Positions 1-8,418 of a stretch of 12,938 bases of DNA are shown here, piece after piece. Location of the stretch: assembly GCA_043228905.1 (NCBI GenBank), contig JBHGNT010001012.1, positions 1-12,938 of the forward strand, given 5' to 3'. Made by a program: the position numbers and the translations under genes. The notes beneath the pieces were generated by a model that did no database searches, was not told where the DNA came from, and saw nothing but the letters and a program-made list of their open reading frames with translations. The stretch is from Azolla caroliniana. Taxonomy: Eukaryota; Plantae; Polypodiophyta. Position 1 is the stretch's first letter. Every line of letters begins with the position of its first letter.

Positions 1-182
1 AAGCAAGTAGATGGTCCGGAATTGAGCAAGGCATGAGAATTTATTGAAGTCAAACCAAAACAAAGACTTACTTGCAAAGAAAACCCTCCTAATGGTGGAA
101 CGGACTTGTAGGAGCATGGAGTAGGTGAGTAACGGGAAGCGTCCAACGACATGGCTCCTACTGCATCCGGACTTGGTCGTTT
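1..182 (-). pseudogene. pol: N-terminus of pol (aspartic protease) in the -1 frame relative to gag; catalytic motif degenerate
   Basis: The -1 frame is stop-free from 182 to the window edge: KRPSPDAVGAMSLDASRYSPTPCSYKSVPPLGGFSLQVSLCFGLTSINSHALLNSGPSTC. ALLNSGP (32-12) corresponds to the ALLDSGA protease motif. Confidence 0.8.
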
Positions 183-1195
183 TCCTGTTGTCTAGGAACC
201 TCTGCAAGACGTGCATGATGGAATTGGTGTCGCGGGCCCCGCACCGGGCAGTGGCGGATGACATGTCCGGGGTTGCCACAATAGAGACCGAGTCCATTGT
301 CCTGACGATGTTGGCGTTGGGCTTCAATTAGTGGTTGGAACCGAGCGTGGTCAATCTCCATCGGGATATGGAAATTGACCTCCCTCATGGTATGGGTATC
401 ACTGGGTGATGGTAAGGTTGGCGTGGGAGACAAGTAGGGCCTAGCGATTGATGCGTTTCGGGACGAAGCCTGAGACCGACGAGTCCCCCGTTCTTCTTGA
501 CAAAGTTCGAAGAGACGATTGTCACACTGGACAGCTTGGGAGATTACTTGAGACAATGATGTGGGCTCTGGGAAGTTTAAGAGAAGGATCTTGACGTCGT
601 TTCGGAGGCCATGACGGAAATGGTCGCATAGGGCTTGTTCATCCCAATTGACATCGCAGGCAATCTGACAGAACTTTGAGGCATAGACCGAGGTTGGACG
701 TGAGCCTTGTTGGAAAGAATAAAGCTTTGTGAGTGTCGTTCTTCGTCGGTCTGTCTCGCCAAATGTCGCTTCGAGCTCCTCAATGAAAGCGGTGAAGTTT
801 TCTAAGAGAGGGGATGATGTCTCAATCAAGGGTGCGAACCACGCTTGCGCCGGCCCGGAGAGAAGTGTGCCGACAAGCCCAACCTGAGAAAAGTTGCTAG
901 CATATCGTTGGGGCTGCAACCGGATGATAAGCCGAATTTGGTTGATGAAGCCGTGAAGATATGCCCTCGTGTCGTTGAATTTATCCAGTAGGTTGATGGT
1001 TGGTTCGAGGACATATGGATGGGAAGAGGACGTGGTCGGACTATGTGCTGATGGTGGTTGTGGCTCGACAGGTGGTGGATTTCTTGAAGTGTCGTATTGC
1101 AACTCTTGTAATGATTCCCGAAGGATTACATTCTCTAACTGAAGTTGTTGCAAGGCTATCATGATTTGGTTTAGGTTGTTGACGGAGCCAGACAT
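158..1195 (-). CDS. gag: Gag protein (345 aa) of the Ty3/gypsy element
   Basis: Open ORF with 'FINQIRLIIRLQPQRY', 'LLSGPAQAW', 'QGSRPTSVYASKF..IA..VNWDEQAL...FRHGL', 'PMEID' and a knuckle GLYCGNPGHVIRHC (CX2CX4HX4C with the first Cys replaced by Gly). The first 50 codons of the track ORF (1345-1196) lie in the LTR and leader, so the real start is taken as ATG 1195. Confidence 0.88.
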   Translation of the reverse strand: MSGSVNNLNQIMIALQQLQLENVILRESLQELQYDTSRNPPPVEPQPPSAHSPTTSSSHPYVLEPTINLLDKFNDTRAYLHGFINQIRLIIRLQPQRYASNFSQVGLVGTLLSGPAQAWFAPLIETSSPLLENFTAFIEELEATFGETDRRRTTLTKLYSFQQGSRPTSVYASKFCQIACDVNWDEQALCDHFRHGLRNDVKILLLNFPEPTSLSQVISQAVQCDNRLFELCQEERGTRRSQASSRNASIARPYLSPTPTLPSPSDTHTMREVNFHIPMEIDHARFQPLIEAQRQHRQDNGLGLYCGNPGHVIRHCPVRGPRHQFHHARLAEVPRQQENDQVRMQ

Positions 1196-1211
1196 GGTAG
1201 CAAGAAGAGGG

Positions 1212-1222
1212 AAGGTGAACAA
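1212..1222 (-). other. Self-priming type primer binding site (TTGTTCACCTT)
   Basis: Lies 2 nt after the LTR end, lacks the TGG of a tRNA-type PBS, and is the exact complement of AAGGTGAACAA at 1333-1323 in the LTR. Confidence 0.8.
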
Positions 1223-1224
1223 AT

Positions 1225-1485
1225 TGTCACGGACAAGTATTATAGAGCAAAGCGAAGACAAGACTAGAACACAAGAGAGAGGAAAGGAACAAGAACTCAA
1301 CTTATAGAAACCGTAACTGGTGTTGTTCACCTTGATTAGAATCAAGGTGCACCTGAGTATTTATACAAGAAGGCAAGGCTATATGTAAGCCAGCTAAAAA
1401 TAGAGTATGCATGAGGATGCTTGCAATAGAGAATGCACGAGAATGTGTGCAAGCTAGAAATGTCCAATGTTCAATCTACATTACA
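1225..1485 (-). repeat. 5' LTR of the gypsy element (~260 bp)
   Basis: The minus strand starts TGTAATG (1485) and ends CGTGACA (1225), an imperfect terminal inverted repeat. It has an internal TATAAATA and a pyrimidine-rich U5. The partner LTR is outside the window, and the outer end could be 1480. Confidence 0.65.
1358..1365 (-). promoter_or_regulatory. TATA box of the gypsy LTR promoter
   Basis: TATAAATA on the minus strand, 32 nt upstream of a CA initiator at 1334/1333. Confidence 0.65.
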
Positions 1486-1515
1486 TGAAGTTGGATTTGG
1501 TACACAGATGCATAT

Positions 1516-1575
1516 GTAGTTCAATTGGTAGGGTTGCCCAATAGAGACCATGAGGTCTTGGGTTTAATCCCTACC
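1516..1575 (+). mobile_element. tRNA-like (SINE head) relic
   Basis: A-box-like TAGTTCAATTGG (1517-1528) and B-box-like GGTTTAATCC (1561-1570), preceded by GAGGTCTTG, at tRNA-like spacing. No convincing cloverleaf. Confidence 0.4.
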
Positions 1576-1827
1576 TTCCTCCGTGGCATATGTCTATGAC
1601 AGATATATCCAGACACCGATTCGGGTACTTATTCGGTTTTCCATTCCAGATACCAATATGGCTCTGGCTTATTCAACCGATCCGGATCCAGTTGAGCTTG
1701 CCCGCTCAACACATAGGAATTCTGGTGCAGAAGTTGTAATGAACCTTGGTAGTAGTTGCTGCAATGGAAGCTCACATAGAAAAAAGAGTAGTTGGAAATG
1801 TAAGGTGTAACACACTATTTTATAAAA

Positions 1828-2104
1828 GTTGGAAATGGAACTCTCATAATCATGTTAGCCAGCTTGTTGAAGCATGAGATGTGTTCTAGAAGCTTCTAAC
1901 TACATATGTGGTTTCATGGAATGCAATGATGACAGGACATACAAGACATGGATGTTGGTTGATATGAGTTTGATGTGGGGGGGAAATGAACCATGCTATA
2001 ACAAGTAGGGCATCATTGAATGCATTGATCACATGTTATGCAAACAGTGGTAATAGTTTTGTGCCTTGAAGCTTTTGGCAAAAATGTTGGGTGAGAAGGT
2101 GGAA
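1828..2104 (+). pseudogene. Degraded pentatricopeptide repeat (PLS-type PPR) gene fragment
   Basis: Manual translation gives VGN.TLI.M / LVEA*DVF*KLLTTYVVSWNAMMTGHTRHG (VVSW at 1908-1919) and SLNALITCYANSGNS / ALKLLAKMLGEKVE (2013-2104). These match the PPR consensus 'VF..M...DVVSWNAMI.GYAQHG..EAL.LF..M...GV.P'. Several stops and frameshifts are present. Confidence 0.75.
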
Positions 2105-3497
2105 ATAATTTTAGCCTGTATTATTTGTGGTTTTCATAGGTTGTTGTTGGTTTGATCAGGTCATCATTTATGCAGAATTTTACTAATGAAGCATATTTTG
2201 TTTGGAAAAGAGAGAGAGTGTGTGAATTGAAGAAGAAGACAATGATTAAGAGAGAATAATTGCAAGAAAAGGAAGAGCTCCTCATGACAAGGGAACTAAA
2301 GGAATTTAGTTGATAAAACAGCAAGTGATAGAGGAATAGCCTATCACAAGAGCTTTTGTCCATCAAGTGATAATCAAGAGTTTGAACCTCCCTCCCTACA
2401 AATATAGAAGATGTGCGAGTCAAGTTATTTTACATTCTCTAGACGATTAAAGTGTTATTGTTTACGTAATGAAAATTGATTTATTCAAGGAATAAAAGTT
2501 TTCGGTTTTCATTTCATCCTCTTTGACAAACAATTCTGCATAATCCCATTCTCTTTCCTCCAACCATTGTTTACGTCCACAATCTCCACTTGAATACAGT
2601 CAAGAGCCACCAAGGGAGGGTGGGTAGTTTCGGTGGGTAGAGTCGAGTAGGTCCATTTCTCAACATGCTATGAGGCTCTGGGGGAGGAAATTATCCCATA
2701 GAGTGAGTCGAGCCCGTCTCGCCACGGAGCAACAACATCGCCCGAAATGCGCATGTGTGAAAGCATGGTAGAACCGCAAGGGTTTTGAACTAGGAGAGGA
2801 GTTTAGTGTCTTGTAGTTTGGATTCATGCTTAACTTTTTGGACTTTTGGCTTCCTTTCACACCTTGCTCGTCTCATTCCTAACATTTTTCCTACTCCTAG
2901 CACTCCTAACATCACACTCTCTCTTCTCACTCGTAGTTCTTGTCTCATTGTTAGCACACAATTAGTCACCAAACAATTTTTTTGTTAATCAAGTTTGCAA
3001 TTATAATTAATGAGGACTTTCTCCTCCTCATTCCCTTAATCCCTTCAGTTTCCCTAATCTACTTCGTGCCAATCCCCTTCAAATGGTCCTAACCTTTGTC
3101 TTTTATTGCAAGAATTGAAGTCACATCCTCCATATTAGCAAGAGAATGTTTAAGCTATCATACTTCCTTATGATCATATTTCTCCTTCCTAAGCTACCAT
3201 CTCTACATACTTGTGATGTTGACCACTTTCTCACGTCATGCCATTGGACTTTGCATAACTTATGCGTGAGAAAGGAAATGCAGAATGCAATTGCATTTTC
3301 TAGAACGTTGAAGAAGTTATGACATCGTTTTGTCGATGTAGTAGCATAATAATACCAAATGCTACTCACAACCAAATATGATTTCTACACCCACGTGCCT
3401 AAACATCAACATGTCTCTCTCTCTCACTCCCTGTGTGTACGGAGCTCCAAAATATCCCCGAGTTATTTCAAAAGTGCTTTTTAGGTTTCCAATTTAT

Positions 3498-3515
3498 CCC
3501 CCCCCCCCCCCCCCC
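3498..3515. repeat. Poly(C)18 tract
   Basis: Direct read. Confidence 0.95.
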
Positions 3516-3903
3516 TTCACCTCATACATGACCTTGTTGCTCTTGGACCAATGATACCCCAACCCCCATTTTCAATATGTATGTATGTATGTATGTATAT
3601 GTAGATATGTGTGTGGCACCACCACAAATGTACATACATACATAATATATGTACATATATATATATAAATAACCGGAAATACAACAGTAAAAAGAAAGGA
3701 AAACGTAGCACGGTAATTTGTTTTCTTCTTTTGTTTTTCTCAATTATTATAACGGCTGGAAAAAAAATATAGATTTGTTGGCACGTGGCGGTAATCCCAC
3801 AAAGAAAACCGAATATCCAAACGGGCGGTAGCCGGTCGCTGCAAAATCAGCTTCATGGACTCTCTCTGTCTCTTCTCTCTCATTCTCTCTTTCTCTGTGT
3901 TTG

Positions 3904-3933
3904 CTTCTTCTTCTTCTTCTTCTTCTTCTTCTT
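3904..3933 (+). repeat. (CTT)10 microsatellite in the CT-rich promoter/5' UTR region
   Basis: Direct read; followed by short GAC/TAC triplet runs. Confidence 0.9.
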
Positions 3934-4442
3934 CAACGACGACGACTACTACTGCGACTAACAATCAGATCAAAATATTTTAGAATCATCCGCTCTTTCT
4001 CTGCTGCTGCGCAGACATGATATGATGGTTTCTTCGTCTTCTTCTTCGCCTTCTAACACAGAACCCATCTTTGAAAAATCATCGTATTAACGTAGAGTAG
4101 TGATCCAACAACTGTCTGTTTCTTATTCTATTCTTCTTCATCTTCATCTTTATCATCGTCGTCATTTTCCTCTTTCTCTTCATTTTCTTCTTCTCACAAA
4201 GAACTCATCTCACGAAACTCTTCCTTCTCACTTTTCTTCGTCGTCCATGTCTCTACTGAAGGTAATGCGGCCTCTTCTGCTTCCCCTATCCTCGGACCTA
4301 ACAAATGCTGTACAGGGAATATCTCGTCTGTTCTGACTCTGCTCGGTATGAGAACCCCAACAAAACCGAAGCCAATATTATGGATTAATTACTTTCCCGA
4401 GCAGGAAAGGTTTTGAGTTATAGATGAAGATCAGAATCCGCC

Positions 4443-4602
4443 ATGTCTGAATATATCGCAGTTCAGAAAGGGAAGCTGGTTTCTAGTAGTGGTAAGAACA
4501 GGAAGAAGAAGAAGAAGAAGCAGATAGGAGGTGGGTGTGGGGGCGTCTTTTTACAGATCTTCAATGGAAAGCGACTGTTTTCTTGGAAATCTCTTCCAGA
4601 AG
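4443..4602 (+). CDS. TRM/LONGIFOLIA-family (TON1-recruiting motif; VARLMGL + DUF4378) gene, coding exon 1 of 4
   Basis: ATG in GCCATG context with an in-frame TGA upstream at 4425. Encodes 'GGCGGVFLQIFNGKRLFSWKSLPE', resembling the N-terminal GCxGxFxxxF motif of TRM proteins. Donor AG|GTATGC, phase 1. Confidence 0.8.
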
Positions 4603-4628
4603 GTATGCAATATATGCACATGGAGAGG

Positions 4629-4632
<4 letters not shown>

Positions 4633-4666
<34 letters not shown>
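4633..4666. repeat. (GA)17 microsatellite, intron 1
   Basis: Direct read. Confidence 0.95.
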
Positions 4667-4669
<3 letters not shown>

Positions 4670-4865
4670 TTATCTGTTTCATGTCTTTCTATGCGTACGT
4701 CTGTTTCTAGTTCTATGCCGCCACCATTTGTGCTTATCATGTAATTCATACTTCTTTTTTTGTTTGTTCTCCTCGAAATGAAGCCTCATAAGTACTAGAA
4801 ACACTGTAGGGGTATACGAGAGTAAGTTGGGTTCGTCCTAAATGGGAAACGAGAAGACATTGTGT

Positions 4866-4866
<1 letters not shown>

Positions 4867-4902
<36 letters not shown>
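4867..4902. repeat. (AC)18 microsatellite, intron 1
   Basis: Direct read. Confidence 0.95.
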
Positions 4903-4904
<2 letters not shown>

Positions 4905-4936
4905 AGTCACAGGCTCAATTTCTTTTGTTTTTACAG

Positions 4937-4989
4937 CAAGACCGCCTGATCATGATGATGAGAAGAGACCCATGGCCAAGTTGCTTCTG
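4937..4989 (+). CDS. TRM-family gene, coding exon 2
   Basis: Acceptor TTTTGTTTTTACAG| and donor |GTAAGT. Encodes (A)RPPDHDDEKRPMAKLLL; phases (1 in, 0 out) fit the neighbouring exons. Confidence 0.8.
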
Positions 4990-5147
4990 GTAAGTTTTCC
5001 TTCATTTTCTTGTCCATTCCTTCTTTTTTGTTGCTGCATAGTACATGGTAGATAGACCTATCGGATATGGCACATAGATCAGCTCACTTAAGTTTCTCAT
5101 TTTTTTTGCATACTTTAAAACTAAGGTAACGGTGAAATTTGAAGCAG

Positions 5148-7011
5148 AATGCAGATGAGAGTATAGGTAGATGTGGACAAGGAGACTCATCAGAAGATGA
5201 TATCCTTAAAACTGAACCCAAAGAGGATGATTTTGTTTTCGAGAATGAACATGAATTTTCACATGGAAAGAAATTACCAAATCTGGTTGCAAGGCTCATG
5301 GGCCTTGAAACAATGCCACCATCTCCAGAGCCTCTTCTTTTTGATGGGAACGAGATGGATCCCGATACAAATGACGACGTTGATTGTAATTCTTTACCAA
5401 AAGTATTGGACTCAATTGAAGATTCAAACAGCAACATTCGTGACATACAACCAACAAGAAGTAAACCTAAGAAGTCAGAAAATGATCATTCTCTTGAGAA
5501 GAAGATCCTTTTCACTCCTAAGGGTTCCTTATCTTGTGCAGATAAGGATAAAGGGGACGTGTATAAATGGATAGGCAGTTCTCGTCGACCTCCCCATCAG
5601 CTCGATTCTTCATTTCCATCTGGTTCTACGCCACCAAAAAGAGGTCCTTATTTTAACAAAGATTCTCTTTCAATTAACAGAGCTACTAATATTCGTGAAA
5701 GAAACTTGCATCAACTGCTTAAGGTGAATCAAACCAGACATGTAGGTTTGGTATCAAAGCCTCGAAATGCTGCTATGTTGAACACTGATAAAAGTAAAGG
5801 CAAGTTTGGTTGTGTTTTAACTCAGAATGAAGAAGAAACTAAGGTGCGAAGCCGGATGCAGAACACAAGTAAGGAAATGGTCAATAAAACTGATAAAAAT
5901 AAGAGTTTGCTGCAAGAGCTTCAAAGGAGGTATAGGTATCAACAAGAATTGACGAAACGAATTGATTCTGAGCTCAAAAAGACCAGAAAGGGATGTGACC
6001 CACATGAGGAGATAAGGAGACGTAGAAGCAAACAAGAAGAAACGAGTAGGAGACTAAGCCAACCAAGTTCAAGATCAATGGGAACTAACAAGTTAAGGCA
6101 ATCTAGCTCCCTTAAACCTAAGCTTACGTCAACAAATACCTTTGGTTCTTCCAAAGCACCAAGAAGTATGTTGTCTTCAAATGCTGTCGAGCTCTCAAAA
6201 AAAATGAGGTCTTGTGTCGAGAGCAATATTGTCCCGACTGTAGCATTGAGTAGCTCTTCTGTAAATGGATGCCCTGAGCAGAGCGAAGAGGGTAGTAATT
6301 GTATCGAGCAAAAAAGAGGCTCTAATATGGCTCTTCATGAGTCTGAAAATGTGTTTGATACAGCATCGATTGATGAGTACTTGAATAGTGAAACCGTAAA
6401 TTGTTTGCAAAGTAGCAGTACTCCTGTGAATAATGCATCTGAATTCATTAGAAATGAAGTGGAGCTATCAAGTCATGATGATGGTGATGGAGCTCATGTT
6501 GTAGGCTATGATAGAGTTCAAGCAAGGTGGGAAAATGATGATAATAGTAATGGTAATGGTAAGGGTTTTGGTGCCAAACGAGTCTTAGATTTTGTAAAGG
6601 CCGAGCGTAGTACTTGTGATTCTCGTTTTGGAGACTCGGGAGACATGGGTTGTTCTTTGCATGCAGAGCTGCTGGACATTAGTAGCCGCACATGTGATTC
6701 GGTTTCACACTCAGAAAAGAATAATGTGTCGGTAATCCTACATGAACTGCTAGCTGCATTGACCTCTTCTAAGTCAGGCTTAGAATCTAAAAGGGATTCC
6801 TATGGTGAAGATTCAAGAAATAAGTGTTCGGAAATGATCTCACCACAGCGTTCAATGGATAGGCAACTCAGAGAAAAGGCTTTTGGGGTTGATTGGGGTT
6901 CAGAAAATACTTTTTGTAACTCAAGTATTGATGGTGGAGATCAAGAGCTTGATTCTCTGTTTGAGGATTCAACTTGTGATAATACAGTAAAGAGTCTCGG
7001 ATCTAAAGAAG
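5148..7011 (+). CDS. TRM-family gene, coding exon 3
   Basis: 1.86-kb open frame containing PNLVARLMGLETMP (~5277-5318) and a long basic/Ser-rich region. Acceptor AAGCAG|; donor AG|GTACAA, phase 1. Confidence 0.88.
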
Positions 7012-7179
7012 GTACAATTATATAAGTTCTTTTCTTGTTGAACCTTATTGAAAATTTACATGTTGATGGGATTTGGAGCACATCATGCACACATGCATTG
7101 CAAATTTTAATATTCACAAATGTTTTGCAAATTTACGATGTTGATGAAGTTGACTAACATCAAACTTTGTGACCTATAG

Positions 7180-7958
7180 CACAAAACACTTGGTTCAAGC
7201 CTAGCCACTCAGAGAGCATGGATTATAGTAATTCCACCATGCAGGACACACAAGTGGTGGACATTGATGCAAGTGAAATAGCGGGAATCAATGGAAGGCC
7301 AGCCAAAGAAGGTCGAGAGTGTTTCCCGGATAGTATTATTGATTGTGATGCTCTCCTCAACACTATATCAAGATTGCATAGTATCAATCCCGAAGCCATA
7401 GGATTGACTCCAAGGATGCCAGGATACAAGAACAACCATCATGATGATAGAGATTATAAGACAATAAGTTGTTCTCCTTTGATTGGCCGAACTCTATCAT
7501 TTCTGAAGCCTGATGATGAGATGCAAAGCTCTGAGCAAGCATTTTCCTTGTCCTCTACTAGCGTGTCTGCCAATGACGAAGAAGAAACCAATAATTCTTG
7601 CAAAGTTGGTGGTGATACATGCCAAAATGAGGATGCTTTAGTTCAAAATAAAAAGTTAATCTCTGATTGCATCAATGAAGCATTCCGAAGCTTGGGAAGG
7701 CAAATGTATGCTATCTCTTCTTTCACCAACCCGTCTTCGGCTTCTCATGTCCTCAGTAAGGTGTACAAACAAATTGATGATTGGAAGGGGATGTCGATCG
7801 GCATGAACTTGGATGATATGGTAGAGAAAGAAATGAATACTCACATTGGAGGATGGCATGGTCATCATGACTTGGGTGATGAGGCTGAGGAAGCAGAGGT
7901 CATAGAGAGCACGATATTCAATCGTTTGATTGAGGAATTCGTCCTCGAGCTAATGTGA
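7180..7958 (+). CDS. TRM-family gene, coding exon 4 (DUF4378 / C-terminal TON1-binding M2 motif)
   Basis: Branch-like GACTAAC at 7152-7158 and acceptor TATAG| at 7179, in frame with ORF 7218-7958. Motifs 'KKLISDCINEAF', 'LDDMVEKEM....GGW' and 'IESTIFNRLIEEFVLEL*'. The joined CDS is 160+53+1864+779 = 2856 nt = 951 aa + stop. Confidence 0.88.
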
Positions 7959-8384
7959 AATGGCTATGACATTGTCGTAAATGGGGACACATGCCTCTTT
8001 GATTGTCATAAACTGCTCAGCGAGAATGCCACATGCTTTTCCTGGGATACACAATGGGTTCAAGACTAAGGGAGCAAAATATTGTATTTGAGCTTTTGGT
8101 CTAGGCTAGATCTTGATCAATCCAATATACATTTTTCTATTGTAGTCACATTCCAACATTTGGAATGGTCAAGCATTACAAGTAGCTGCTAGCTGGCTAT
8201 TTTATAACTCTTATTATTTTTTCCTCATTTTTTAAATGACTTGTATAAACATGAAGTCCACATTTTATTCATTGGCAATCACAATTAATTTATTTCAGAA
8301 AGGCTTTATTTGTATTTAACCTTTCACACTCTCAGTCTTCTTATGGTGCCAAGAGTGAATGTTCTTGCATTCCTATACAACGTT

Positions 8385-8418
8385 CTATGTCGACCCCTAT
8401 CCTATGTCGACCCCTATC
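8385..8418. repeat. Perfect 17-bp tandem duplication (CTATGTCGACCCCTATC x2)
   Basis: Direct read. Confidence 0.9.

Larger units (their letters stand above)
1..1485 (-). mobile_element. Ty3/gypsy LTR retrotransposon (chromovirus/Tcn1-Tf1-like), 5' part; continues beyond the left edge
   Basis: On the minus strand the order is LTR (ends ...CCGTGACA at 1225), 29-nt leader, gag (ATG 1195), then pol protease in the -1 frame. The gag motifs are of the Retrotrans_gag/PEG10-RTL1 type. The outer LTR boundary is approximate. Confidence 0.9.

Noticed and set aside
1196-1345. 50-aa hydrophobic N-terminal extension of Gag in the ORF track
   Set aside because: It starts at a non-ATG codon inside the LTR, upstream of the predicted TSS, and simply translates pyrimidine-rich U5/leader sequence.
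1580-1588. TCCGTGGCA as the outer end of the gypsy LTR (8/9 inverted match to TGTCACGGA)
   Set aside because: It would give a TGC start and put the tRNA-like relic inside the LTR. The 1485 boundary is preferred, but this cannot be settled without the second LTR.
1516-1590. Functional tRNA gene
   Set aside because: The B box is degenerate (GGTTTAA), and no acceptor or anticodon stems could be built.
2600-2800. Telomerase RNA candidate (AAACCCT on the minus strand near 2779-2785)
   Set aside because: Only a single 7-mer; no USE/TATA type-3 Pol III promoter is visible upstream, and there are no recognisable conserved TR regions.
3517-3964. Short minus-strand ORFs (poly-V/poly-E, YI-rich)
   Set aside because: They are translations of microsatellites.
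4603-4781. C-terminal half of ORF 4443-4781 (ERERER...)
   Set aside because: Read-through into intron 1 across the (GA)n repeat after a strong donor site.
5084-7868. Antisense and alternative-frame ORFs within the TRM exons (and likewise within the copia pol)
   Set aside because: Shadow ORFs of real coding sequence with no recognisable motifs.
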